27,258 nucleotides of DNA from Candidatus Micrarchaeota archaeon (GCA_041694885.1 JBGFRX010000020.1:1-27258), one strand, 5' to 3'; counted from the first letter of the stretch, positions 1 to 9,048 are shown. A program made the numbers and translations. Notes: a model not told the origin generated them from the sequence alone.

Positions 1-723
1 AGTCAATTTCTCAAATTTCAATTTTCCATTACGCACTGCGGCGAGTTCGCCCGGCTTTACATCCCCAACGTGCTGGATTCCGCACACATCGAGCGCCACT
101 GTCTCAGATGCGAACATTATGTAATTATCGTTTTCACCCCACACCAGAGGCCGGATGCCGTTCGAGTCCCGGAATGCGATAAGGCTGTCTCCAATGAGCG
201 CGGTGATGGAATAAGCACCATCCAATGTCTCCATGAGATGCTTCACCGCTTCCTCCACACCCTTTCCCTCTTTCATTTTTTTTACGAGTGTGTAAACAAT
301 AACCTCAGAATCTACAGTGGAAACGAATTTGAAGCGCTTCTTTTCGAGTTCGTTTCTCGCAACTTTGTAGTTGGATATTTGGCCGTTGTGCGACACCGCG
401 ATATTTATGTTCTTGAACGGCTGGACGTCGCTTATCAAGCATAAACCTGTTGTAGGGTAGCGCGTATGCCCGATTCCCGCGCTTCCTTCGAGCATAAGAT
501 CGCCTTCCTTGAAAACATCCGCAACAAAACCAATACCTTTCCTTTCCACAAAACCATTGTTCCATAATACGAAGCCCGCGGCATCCTGGCCTCTGTGTTG
601 GAGCGCGATCATCGCCCGGTACAGCATAGGCGCCACAGGGCCGCCTTTTTTCGAATAGACGCCAACTACTCCACAATGCTCGACCTTCTCCTCGTCGCGG
701 AAGGAAAAACCAGAGGTATCCAT
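1..723 (-). CDS. purF: Amidophosphoribosyltransferase, N-terminal part (continues past the left window edge)
   Basis: Not in the ORF track. Manual translation from the ATG at 723 gives MDTSGFSFRDEEKVEH-CGVVGVY...ALQHRGQDAAG...GHTRYPTTG...AHNGQI...RDSNGIRPLVWG: propeptide plus catalytic Cys and the class II GATase motifs of PurF. Lies near purL/purQ. Confidence 0.93.
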   Translation of the reverse strand, partial: MDTSGFSFRDEEKVEHCGVVGVYSKKGGPVAPMLYRAMIALQHRGQDAAGFVLWNNGFVERKGIGFVADVFKEGDLMLEGSAGIGHTRYPTTGLCLISDVQPFKNINIAVSHNGQISNYKVARNELEKKRFKFVSTVDSEVIVYTLVKKMKEGKGVEEAVKHLMETLDGAYSITALIGDSLIAFRDSNGIRPLVWGENDNYIMFASETVALDVCGIQHVGDVKPGELAAVRNGKLKFEKLT

Positions 724-741
724 AAAGTATGTTCGCCGAAT

Positions 742-906
742 TAGTTTAAAATAATTAACTACAAGGTAAGAGTTCAGGATTTTCCCACATCAGCGATTTC
801 GCGGTTTAAGACGTTCCTCAACAAATCCATATAACTTTCGTCCTCCGGAAACCGGAAACCCGGGACAAACAACCATCTACTGACGTGAGGTTGGGAAATT
901 ATAAAC
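742..906. promoter_or_regulatory. Divergent archaeal promoters for purF and the NFACT C-half
   Basis: TTTAAA at 745-750, ~22-27 nt from the purF ATG; GGGAAA-TTATAAAC at 893-906, ~22-29 nt from the ATG at 928. Spacing is consistent with leaderless transcripts. Confidence 0.55.
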
Positions 907-927
907 TCTTACATGCGAAAACTGATC

Positions 928-1743
928 ATGCGAATACGGCTAAGCATAGCGAAATCAGTACACGAGAATGCTGCTGTTTATTACGAAAAGGCGAAGGAGA
1001 TAAGGGAAAAGGAAAAGGGGGTTGAGAAGGCGATAGAGGAAACGAGGAAAGAGATGGAGAAGGCGAAGAAAGAGGGCGAAGCAGCTGAGAGAAAAAAGAG
1101 GGAGGAAAGAAAAATCGCGAGGAAAAAGGAATGGTATGAGAAATTCCATTATTTTTTCACTTCTAAAAGTGGCGGGGGAGCAGGGGGCGCGGAACCCGAA
1201 GCCCGGAATGGAAAACTTGTTATTGGGGGGAAAAGTGCGGAGCAGAACGATTCCATTTACAGGACGTATTTTGAGGTCGGGGATTTGTTTTTCCACGCAG
1301 ATATACAGGGTGGCTCAGCATGTGTTTTGAAGGATGGAGTTAATGCCAGCGAAAACGAATTGGGGGAAGTTGCGCAGTTCGCCGCTTGCTTTTCAAATGC
1401 GTGGAAGAACGGAAATGCTGCAGTGGACGTTTACTGCGCGGGGAAGGAGCAGGTTTCGAAGCACATTATGGGTGGATTTATAGGAAAGGGTAGCTTTGCA
1501 ATTGCAGGCGAACGGATGTGGTTCAGGAAAACCGAATTGAAATTGAAATTGGGGATTGAAAATGGAATTGTGGTTGTTTTGCCTGCGAGCTGCGCGAGAA
1601 AGGTGGCTAATGAAGTTGTGGTAGTGCCGGGAACCAAAGAGAAAGGAGAGATTGTGAAGAAGCTGGCGAAGATCTTAAGCGTGCATCCAGACGAGGTACA
1701 GAATTTATTGCCTGCTGGACGTGGCGCGATTTCGAAGATGTAA
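928..1743 (+). CDS. Rqc2/NFACT C-terminal half (second coiled coil, NFACT-R/DUF814 and C-terminal domain)
   Basis: KSVHENAAVYYEKAK, KKEWYEKFHYF, GGKSAEQND, FFHADIQG, FSNAWK and GSFAIAGER motifs. Start is 928 (leaderless) or 913. Confidence 0.88.
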   Translation: MRIRLSIAKSVHENAAVYYEKAKEIREKEKGVEKAIEETRKEMEKAKKEGEAAERKKREERKIARKKEWYEKFHYFFTSKSGGGAGGAEPEARNGKLVIGGKSAEQNDSIYRTYFEVGDLFFHADIQGGSACVLKDGVNASENELGEVAQFAACFSNAWKNGNAAVDVYCAGKEQVSKHIMGGFIGKGSFAIAGERMWFRKTELKLKLGIENGIVVVLPASCARKVANEVVVVPGTKEKGEIVKKLAKILSVHPDEVQNLLPAGRGAISKM

Positions 1744-1955
1744 AATATATAACTATAGTTACAAAATACGCCTGCGCTATTAATATAAACATTGGACTTC
1801 ATTTCACTTTGTTGCCTCGTAGCAGGGCAGAAGAACATTTCGACAAACGCGCGGTTGTGTACTGCATCTTGGTTTTGGCCGTAGCTCGAAACGCGGAACT
1901 GGAGACTGCTTTTGTTTTGTCGAAATAGTTTATGGTCTGACTGGTTGGTGGGTGC

Positions 1956-4900
1956 ATGGCAAAGCGAATCGAGGTCAAATTCAGGGAAGGGATGCGGGAT
2001 GTGAGGGGTGAAAAATTAGCTGAGCTGCTGCGGAACGGCTTCGGGGCCAAAGCGAGCGGAGTCGCAGTAATTGACTGTTACAATATTGATGCGGACTTAA
2101 GTGAAAACGAGCTCGAATTTTTGGCAAAGGAAGTCTTTAGTGACAGGGTGGTGCAGGAATATTCGCACTCGAAACCGTTTTTCGGAAACGAGTGGCGGCT
2201 TGAAGTGGCTTTCCGGCCAGGGGTTACTGACAATGTAGGGAAAACAGCAAAAGAGGCGATAAAGGATGCGCTCGGAAAGGAAGTTGATGTTTATTCGAGC
2301 ACTGCCTATGTGATAATAGGAGAAGGCGCTGCTTCAGAAAAAGGAAGGGGAAAGGGAGATGGGGATGTAAGGAAGGGAATAGAGGAAATAGACGAAGTGC
2401 TATGCGAAAAATTTGGGAAGCGAATTGCGAACGAGCTTATACAGAAGATAATGGTGTATGCTCCTGTTTTTGAACCAGCTGCGGGCGAATTCATTGGTTA
2501 TCCGGACGAGAGGATAAAACTCAAACCATATATTCCAAGAGTGGTTCTGAAGCAGGAAATAAAGGTGGAAACAGTCGCACTACCTGCTGACGAAGAAAAA
2601 CTTGCCCAACTTTCGAAAAGGCGACTCCTTGCACTGAGCGTAAAGGAAATGAAGGCAGTGAGAAGGTATCTGAGTAGTGTAGGAGTTGCAGTAGCCAGGA
2701 AAAAGGCGGGGTTAGGGGAGGAAATCACGGATGTGGAACTCGAAGTGATTGCGCAGACGTGGAGCGAGCACTGTAAACACAAGATATTCAATGCTGAAAT
2801 ATCGTACAGTGAAAACGGAGACAACTACTATGTGGATTCACTCTTCAAGACGTTCATAAAAGGTGCAACGGAAATTGTGAAGAAGCCGTACGTGCTCTCC
2901 GCCTTTAGGGACAACGGAGGGATAATAAAATTCAACCCTGACTACGACGTAGCTGTGAAGGTCGAGACGCACAATGCTCCGAGTGCTCTTGATCCGTATG
3001 GGGGAGCGCTAACCGGAATTTTAGGCGTAAACCGGGACATAATTGGCTGCGGGATGGGAGCAATGCCCATAGCGAACATGGATGTGCTTTGTTTCGGGCC
3101 TTTTGATGCAGCGAAAGAAAATGGAGAGATGAATGCAGAAACTGCCGTGGTGCCTGAAGGCGTCCTGCACCCGCGACGAATTTACGAAGGGGTAGTGGAT
3201 GGAATAAAGGATGGGGGCAACAAGAGCGGAATTCCCACAGTGAATGGTTCTTTTGTTTTCGAAAACGGCTTTGTTGCAAGGCCGCTTGTATACTGCGGTA
3301 CTGTGGGTTTGATGCCCACGGAAATAAAGGGAAGAAAGATGAACGAAAAAAAGGTGGAACCAGGCCACGTTGCTGTGATGGTGGGCGGAAAGGTGGGTAA
3401 GGATGGCATACACGGCGCGACTTTCTCCTCCCAGGAGCTCGGGACAGGGCTACCTGCAAGCGTAGTGCAGATAGGCGACCCGATAACGCAGAAGAAGATG
3501 CTCGATTTCGTTATGGAGGCGAGGGATGCGCTCCTTTACGAGGCGATTACGGACAATGGTGCAGGCGGATTGTCCTCGAGCATAGGTGAAATGGCTGAGC
3601 AGAGCAACGGTTGTGAGATTTGGCTCGAGGCAGTTCCGCTCAAATATCCCGGGCTTCAGCCATGGGAAATACTCGTTTCCGAAAGCCAGGAAAGAATGAC
3701 GCTTGCTGTGAAGAGCGAGAACTTGGACAAGCTGCACGAAATTGCGAAAAAGCACGAAGTGGAGATCACACCTGTAGGTAAATTCACAGACAGTGGGAAA
3801 TTCCACGCGCTTTACAAAGGGGAAACCGTCGCCTATTTGAACCTGGAGTTCCTCCACCGTCCGCCCCGCATGAAACTCGAAGCAAAATGGAAAAAGAAAA
3901 CATTCAGAGAGCCAGATATAATCGAGCGCGATCTCGCGGCTGTGCTAAAGAAACTGCTTGCGCTTCCGAACATCGCATCCAAGGAGCACACTATAAGGAG
4001 GTACGATCACGAGGTGCAGGGCAAAAGCGTGATAAAACCACTCATGGGCAACAATGCACCTGCAGATGCTGCTGTTATACGCCCTGTTTTCGATTCGTGG
4101 GAAGGACTCGTGATTTCGCATGGTTTATGCCCGAAATATGTTCAGGACTCCTACGACATGGCGATGATGGCTTTCGACGAGGCGGTGAGGAATGCGCTCG
4201 CAGTGGGCGCGAAGTTCAGCTACCTTGCTGCATTGGACAATTTCTCCTGGCCTGACCCAGTGCAGAGCGAAAAGACACCTGATGGGGAATACAAGCTCGC
4301 GCAATTGGTGCGCGCATGCATGGCTGTTTACGACTGCTCCACCAACTATGGAATTCCCATCGTGTCGGGCAAGGACAGCATGAAGAACGACTACTATGGG
4401 AAGGAGGGGAAGTACTCCATTCCACCCACTTTGCTCATGACCGTGCTCGGGAAAATCGGGGACGTAAGGAATGCGATAAGCCCTGAATTCAAGAGCGAAG
4501 GGGACGCGATTTATGTTCTCGGAATTACCCGTGAAGAACTCGGAGGGAGCGAGTATTACCGGTTGAGTGGCGCAATAGGGAACAAAAACCCGAAAATAAA
4601 TGTTGAGGAAACACTTCCGCTCTATCGCGCGTTCTCAAATGCGTGCGAAACAGGAATCGTGAGGAGTGCACACGACGTTTCTGATGGGGGGCTCGCCGTT
4701 GCGCTCGCCGAATCCAGCTTCCCATCCGGCTTCGGAGCGGAGATTGGAATTTCCAAAATGGCTTCTGAAACGCAAAATGAGGATGCGCTGCTTTTCTCTG
4801 AATCAGGAGGCCGCTTTGTAGTGAGTGTTGCGGAAAAGAACCTGGAAAAATTCGAGAAAATGATGCATGGTGCGGTGTTCGCGCGCGTTGGGAGGGTGCG

Positions 4901-4997
4901 GGGGGACAGGCGCTTCGTGGTGAGGAAAGACGAAACAGTGCTCATAAACGAGGATATAAGGGATTTGAAAGTGATATGGAACGGAGTGAAAATATGA
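1956..4997 (+). CDS. purL: FGAM synthase subunit PurL with N-terminal PurS-like extension
   Basis: QTWSEHCKHK, KVETHNAPS, DGIHGATFSS, DNGAGGLSSS, SESQERM, SGKDSMKN and HDVSDGGL motifs; 1013 aa. Confidence 0.96.
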   Translation: MAKRIEVKFREGMRDVRGEKLAELLRNGFGAKASGVAVIDCYNIDADLSENELEFLAKEVFSDRVVQEYSHSKPFFGNEWRLEVAFRPGVTDNVGKTAKEAIKDALGKEVDVYSSTAYVIIGEGAASEKGRGKGDGDVRKGIEEIDEVLCEKFGKRIANELIQKIMVYAPVFEPAAGEFIGYPDERIKLKPYIPRVVLKQEIKVETVALPADEEKLAQLSKRRLLALSVKEMKAVRRYLSSVGVAVARKKAGLGEEITDVELEVIAQTWSEHCKHKIFNAEISYSENGDNYYVDSLFKTFIKGATEIVKKPYVLSAFRDNGGIIKFNPDYDVAVKVETHNAPSALDPYGGALTGILGVNRDIIGCGMGAMPIANMDVLCFGPFDAAKENGEMNAETAVVPEGVLHPRRIYEGVVDGIKDGGNKSGIPTVNGSFVFENGFVARPLVYCGTVGLMPTEIKGRKMNEKKVEPGHVAVMVGGKVGKDGIHGATFSSQELGTGLPASVVQIGDPITQKKMLDFVMEARDALLYEAITDNGAGGLSSSIGEMAEQSNGCEIWLEAVPLKYPGLQPWEILVSESQERMTLAVKSENLDKLHEIAKKHEVEITPVGKFTDSGKFHALYKGETVAYLNLEFLHRPPRMKLEAKWKKKTFREPDIIERDLAAVLKKLLALPNIASKEHTIRRYDHEVQGKSVIKPLMGNNAPADAAVIRPVFDSWEGLVISHGLCPKYVQDSYDMAMMAFDEAVRNALAVGAKFSYLAALDNFSWPDPVQSEKTPDGEYKLAQLVRACMAVYDCSTNYGIPIVSGKDSMKNDYYGKEGKYSIPPTLLMTVLGKIGDVRNAISPEFKSEGDAIYVLGITREELGGSEYYRLSGAIGNKNPKINVEETLPLYRAFSNACETGIVRSAHDVSDGGLAVALAESSFPSGFGAEIGISKMASETQNEDALLFSESGGRFVVSVAEKNLEKFEKMMHGAVFARVGRVRGDRRFVVRKDETVLINEDIRDLKVIWNGVKI

Positions 4998-5055
4998 GCA
5001 GCAAAAAAAGAAACCTGAAACCAGAAGTAAATATTGCCAGCACGAGGTGTGGGTG

Positions 5056-5841
5056 ATGGGTAAGGTGAGGGCAGCGGTTCTTACTGGCTATGGGATAAAT
5101 TGTGATTACGAAACGGAATATGCCCTGCGCGCGTGCGGGGCCGAAGTGCGCAAGGTGCACGTGCACGAAGTAATGGACAACCCCAAACTGCTCGAGGAAT
5201 TCAACCTGCTCGCCTTTCCAGGCGGATTCTCCTATGGGGACGACCTTGGAAGCGGGAAGGTAATCGCGAACAAAATGAAATACAGGGCAAAGGAGCAGCT
5301 CCACGAATTCGTGAATGCGGGGAAGTTGGTGCTTGGAATATGTAACGGCTTCCAGATAATGGTTAAGATGGGCCTGCTCCCCCGTAGTGATTTCGAGCAA
5401 AAAACAACCCTGACTTTCAACGATTCCGGGAAATTCGAGGACAGGTGGGTTTACCTTAAGATAAACCAGAGGTCGTCCTGTGTTTTCACACGGGATGTTG
5501 GTGGGCTTATGCTGCCTGTGCGGCACGAGGAAGGAAAATTCGTAGCTGATGCGGTGGTATTGAAAGACCTCGCTTTGAAAAACATGGTTGTGATGCAGTA
5601 TGTGAATGAAAAGGACGAACTCGCGGGCTATCCATACAACCCCAATGGCTCATTGATGAACATCGCGGGAATATGTAACGAGCAGGGAAACGTATTTGGG
5701 CTCATGCCGCACCCTGAGGCGTACAACACCATGCTAAACAACCCGTTCTGGCCTTCAGTTAAGGATAGAATAAGGGACTGGCGCGGCTCTGGTTTGAAAA
5801 TTTTCGGGAATGCGGTCGCTTATTTGAATGAGAAATTCTGA
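5056..5841 (+). CDS. purQ: FGAM synthase glutaminase subunit PurQ
   Basis: GINCDYET, PGGFSYGD, LGICNGFQ (catalytic Cys), NPNGS and MPHPE motifs. ATG at 5056 is preceded by GAGGTG. Confidence 0.95.
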   Translation: MGKVRAAVLTGYGINCDYETEYALRACGAEVRKVHVHEVMDNPKLLEEFNLLAFPGGFSYGDDLGSGKVIANKMKYRAKEQLHEFVNAGKLVLGICNGFQIMVKMGLLPRSDFEQKTTLTFNDSGKFEDRWVYLKINQRSSCVFTRDVGGLMLPVRHEEGKFVADAVVLKDLALKNMVVMQYVNEKDELAGYPYNPNGSLMNIAGICNEQGNVFGLMPHPEAYNTMLNNPFWPSVKDRIRDWRGSGLKIFGNAVAYLNEKF

Positions 5842-5925
5842 GTTGTATGCGTGGTTTGTAACCATAGTTACAATACAAACTCATGTAGTGAGGAGATTTA
5901 TAAACATTCGGTGGGAAATCAAACA

Positions 5926-6087
5926 ATGGCAAATAAGTTAGCGATGCCGATGAGCAGCGCGGGAATACTCGGCATCAGCTCGAATATGGAATTATCAGGC
6001 ATAAAGATTAGCCCCATAATAGTACTTGCAGGGGCACTCATATTCATTTTTGCAGTAAAAATGGCGGACCGCCTTTTTATGAAATAA
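5926..6087 (+). CDS. Preprotein translocase subunit Sec61beta
   Basis: 53 aa, MPMSSAGILG...IKISP followed by a single C-terminal TM helix; TTTATAAAC box at ~5897-5905 upstream. Confidence 0.85.
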   Translation: MANKLAMPMSSAGILGISSNMELSGIKISPIIVLAGALIFIFAVKMADRLFMK

Positions 6088-6120
6088 GAAAGGCGCTATT
6101 GCCACGTCCTCCATCTGCAT

Positions 6121-7245
6121 TCATCTGGCAAAATAATCAGCGCAGACATTTCCCACTTTTTCCCTGTATTCGGAAGGCGCAAGCACCAGAGCCGTTTTTC
6201 TCGACTCCTCTGCTTTTTCGAGCGCAGCAACCAGTTCGGATATCTTCCCCACCTCCTCCTTTATTCCGTTGTGCAACCCAACCCTGAAGCCGGTCGGTTT
6301 GAAGAAATTCTGCGCAACATCCACTATCACTTCGCAGTCGGAAAGTTCGGAAAGCTCCTTTTCTATTTTATCTGCGTTCTTTTCGTTCACCCGCCTTGCG
6401 TTTGTGGAATACGCCTGCTTGTGCAGCTTGCGCGATTCGAGCGCATCCACATACTTCCGCGCCCCTTTTTTTCCCGAAATGAGCGCAAGCATTTCAGCAT
6501 CTCCATTTTCCAAAAACAGCTTCGGCTCAAGCCCTTCGTCTATTGCCTTCCCTATGGCGCGCGCGAGCATTGCGGAAGCGATGCGCACCGCATGGTGGAG
6601 ATAAACAGTGGAGAACATCATGAACCGCGCTACGAGGAGCGATTCGCTTGCTTCAAGCGCGCCTTCATCCACCCAGAGCTCGCTATTTTCGAAATGCATC
6701 CGGCTGGTTATGCGCTCCTCATCTATTACCCCGTACGCAACCCCGGTGTAATACGCATCCCTTTTGAGGTAGTCCATTCTGTCCGCGCCCATGTCAGAGG
6801 AGATTATTTTCGAGTGCGGAAAGGAATCGAAGCCCGCTATTTCCTTTTTGCCAAAATTTTCCGAGATCGTCTCGCCTATTTTGCCTTTCATTATTTTCTC
6901 CTTTCCGATTTGTTCATGGTTACCGAAATGTTTCGACAATATGCGCTCGCTCTCGTGGGAAAAGGCACCATGGCCGATATCGTGGAGAAGGGCATGAAGC
7001 CGGACCTTCACCATCACTTCCTCGTCAAGTTCCAGTTTTTCCGCTATTTTGGAAGCGAGATGCAATGTGCCGAGTGAGTGTTCGAATCGCGTGTGGTTCG
7101 CGCCAGGATAGACAAGATAGGCAGTTGCGAGTTGCCTTATTTTCCTCAATCGCTGGAAGTCCGCGCAGTCGATTATGCGGCTTTCCAGTTCGTTCAGCTC
7201 TATTGTCCCATGAATTGGGTCCTTTATGCTCAAAATCCGCTTCAT
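6121..7245 (-). CDS. HD-superfamily phosphohydrolase (SAMHD1/dNTP triphosphohydrolase-like)
   Basis: IKDPIHG, FQRLRKIRQL, HTRFEHSLG, LLHDIGH, ADRMDYLKRD and VYLHH motifs. Confidence 0.92.
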   Translation of the reverse strand: MKRILSIKDPIHGTIELNELESRIIDCADFQRLRKIRQLATAYLVYPGANHTRFEHSLGTLHLASKIAEKLELDEEVMVKVRLHALLHDIGHGAFSHESERILSKHFGNHEQIGKEKIMKGKIGETISENFGKKEIAGFDSFPHSKIISSDMGADRMDYLKRDAYYTGVAYGVIDEERITSRMHFENSELWVDEGALEASESLLVARFMMFSTVYLHHAVRIASAMLARAIGKAIDEGLEPKLFLENGDAEMLALISGKKGARKYVDALESRKLHKQAYSTNARRVNEKNADKIEKELSELSDCEVIVDVAQNFFKPTGFRVGLHNGIKEEVGKISELVAALEKAEESRKTALVLAPSEYREKVGNVCADYFAR

Positions 7246-7254
7246 CAGCTAACC

Positions 7255-8073
7255 TCACGCCAGGCAGAACAGACCCTTCTTTTTCTCTATGACTTCCCCT
7301 GTTTCCGCGAGTATGTGCAGCACAGTTGAAACCGCCTCCGGCTCAAGCACGCACGCAACCGCTATCTCCTCCACATGCATCTCCTTCTTCTTTTCGAGCA
7401 CGGTTTTTATTTTTTCATAAGCAGCATACAAGAATCTGTTCGTTGCAACGTAGAATTTGCCGTCAAAAGCCCTCACGCCCTTCACGTTTTGCGAAAGCCC
7501 TGATTTTTTCAGGTCAAAGGAGAACTGCTCCGCATTCCTCGGGTTCGAAATCACCGTCCATCCTATTTTCATCAACTCCGAATAGGAAAACGGGTGCGCA
7601 AAAGGAGTTTCCGGTTTCCTGTTTTCCGTCTCGGTCTTTGCAACCCCTGCTTTGGCAACTTCTGGTACAGCACCCTTTGCCGTAATCGCGTTTATGGACT
7701 GGCCGCTAAGGAGAGGATAAATTTCATCGGATATGTTGTACACGCCTGTCTTTTTGTAATTCCCGCCGTAAAAGACCTGCAAAAGCCCTTTCTTTATGAG
7801 CGCGCGCACAACACTCTTCTCATCAGCGGAAAACATTTTTTCTATCTTGGAGGGCGTGCGGTCCGCGAACCGTATTTTCATCAATTTGTGCAGTACGGAT
7901 TTTTCACCGCTGCTCAAACTCTTCCCTCCTTCAATAGCCGGTTTCGGGAGCGGCGCCGAAATCAGCCAGAAATCGTCGCGCAAATTGAATATTTCTATTT
8001 CGTCAAGCTGCTTGAACTGCCCAGGAAGCTGTATATATGCATTACCATTCTTTTTTATGAGCCGGATTTTCAT
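7255..8073 (-). CDS. Hypothetical protein with AbrB-like N-terminus and C-terminal winged helix
   Basis: Starts MKIRLIKKNGNAYIQLP (swapped-hairpin-like); ends HVEEIAVACVLEPEAVSTVLHILAETGEVIEKKKG (wHTH-like). GGTGG SD before the ATG at 8073. Domain calls are by eye. Confidence 0.7.
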   Translation of the reverse strand: MKIRLIKKNGNAYIQLPGQFKQLDEIEIFNLRDDFWLISAPLPKPAIEGGKSLSSGEKSVLHKLMKIRFADRTPSKIEKMFSADEKSVVRALIKKGLLQVFYGGNYKKTGVYNISDEIYPLLSGQSINAITAKGAVPEVAKAGVAKTETENRKPETPFAHPFSYSELMKIGWTVISNPRNAEQFSFDLKKSGLSQNVKGVRAFDGKFYVATNRFLYAAYEKIKTVLEKKKEMHVEEIAVACVLEPEAVSTVLHILAETGEVIEKKKGLFCLA

Positions 8074-8169
8074 TTTCCCACCCCATTGCATTTTGAAAAT
8101 GAAAAGAATTTTTCGATTCGTCGAAAAATCTGATTTTCATTTTCCCACCTCCTTGCATTCATGAAAATG
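8065..8169. repeat. Imperfect 37/38-nt direct repeat enclosing a long inverted repeat
   Basis: 8065-8101 gattttcattttcccaccccattgcattttgaaaatg vs 8132-8169 gattttcattttcccacctccttgcattcatgaaaatg. Hairpin gaaaatgaaaa..atttttcga-ttcg-tcgaaaaat..ttttcattttc spans 8095-8144. Confidence 0.9.
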
Positions 8170-8357
8170 CCGGGAACACAATCGAATCGTTGATTGGCGG
8201 ATTTGCGTTCTTTTTCCAGCTTCCTTTCGCTTCGGGAATTCTTAAACCTTTACACCACCATCCGGCTTTGTATTATTCCGAAATAAATTGCTCTCGATAA
8301 AAAAAACTTCGAATCGCTCAGGAATACATGAAAAAACTGAATTTGAGGTACTCACAA

Positions 8358-8465
8358 GGACTACCCGAGGAACGTCGGGAAGTAACACCTGTTGAAACGA
8401 AACGATAGTATCGTCCACGAAGCAGGAAGCGCAACCTTACCGCAAGGCAGGTTGGGGTAGTTCAT
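8358..8465 (+). ncRNA. IS200/IS605 right-end, TnpB omega-RNA (reRNA)-like scaffold with no tnpB gene
   Basis: The pattern ctacc..ggaagtaacacctg..gaagcaggaagc..[hairpin]ggggtagttca resembles tnpB 3' ends. Stems: cccga/tcggg, cctgtt/agcagg, and caacct/aggttg with a GCAA loop. actaccc (8360-8366) is complementary to gggtagt (8455-8461). Confidence 0.7.
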
Positions 8466-8476
8466 TGCGTATCATT

Positions 8477-9037
8477 CTATTCATGCAAAACAATTCCCAG
8501 AAATGTTTTTATCCTGACAGGTCTTTTTATCCATGCATCAGCAGGAAGTCCTGCCTTCTGGCACAAGCAGCGCAAATATGTTTTCTTGTCCCATTTTTCC
8601 TCAACAGGCACCTGAGGGAGAAGGAGCCCTGCGCACTGCCCAAGTTCTGCGATAAGGCCATCGCGGCCTATTTCTATCTGCTCCAAAAGCTCGTCCGGGG
8701 TTTTGAAGTTCAGGGTTTTGGGTTCAGTGAGAACTGTAATTTCAATTTCGAGGCTCTTCAGTTCCTCCTTCCGGAGAGAAGGAAATCTCAAGTCGTGGAA
8801 AGCAGCATTCACAGCATTGTCCGCAACTGCCTGGGCAATTGTTTCCACAGGAAGGGGGTAGCCGATGCAGCCTCTGAGTTCTCCATGTTTGCGAAGGGTA
8901 ACGAACACACCCATACGCTGCTTCAATCTTTCCGGAATGTCCACTGCATAATATTTGCTTTCATCCGAAAAACGCGCTTCAATCGCCTTTCTTGCAACTG
9001 AAAAGAGATAGCGTCGTTCCTCATCGGAAATTTCCAT
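8477..9037 (-). CDS. AMMECR1-domain protein (AmmeMemoRadiSam protein A / TIGR00296-like)
   Basis: GVFVTL, LRGCIGY, AAFHDLRF, GRDGLI, GLLLPQVPVE and LCQKAGL motifs. Confidence 0.93.
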   Translation of the reverse strand: MEISDEERRYLFSVARKAIEARFSDESKYYAVDIPERLKQRMGVFVTLRKHGELRGCIGYPLPVETIAQAVADNAVNAAFHDLRFPSLRKEELKSLEIEITVLTEPKTLNFKTPDELLEQIEIGRDGLIAELGQCAGLLLPQVPVEEKWDKKTYLRCLCQKAGLPADAWIKRPVRIKTFLGIVLHE

Positions 9038-9048
9038 GCGTTTTATAG

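Noticed and set aside
70..676. ORF-track entries 70..444(+) and 305..676(-)
   Set aside because: Shadow or out-of-frame ORFs over purF, which occupies 1-723 on the minus strand.
5515..5540. PurQ RHEEGKF in place of the usual H-G/A-EG motif
   Set aside because: A single substitution with the catalytic Cys and HPE intact; cannot be distinguished from tolerated variation or a read error.
8065..8169. CRISPR-like geometry (37-nt repeat, 30-nt spacer, 38-nt repeat)
   Set aside because: Only two imperfect copies, one containing a gene's SD and ATG; the 'spacer' is itself a palindrome; no cas genes in the window.
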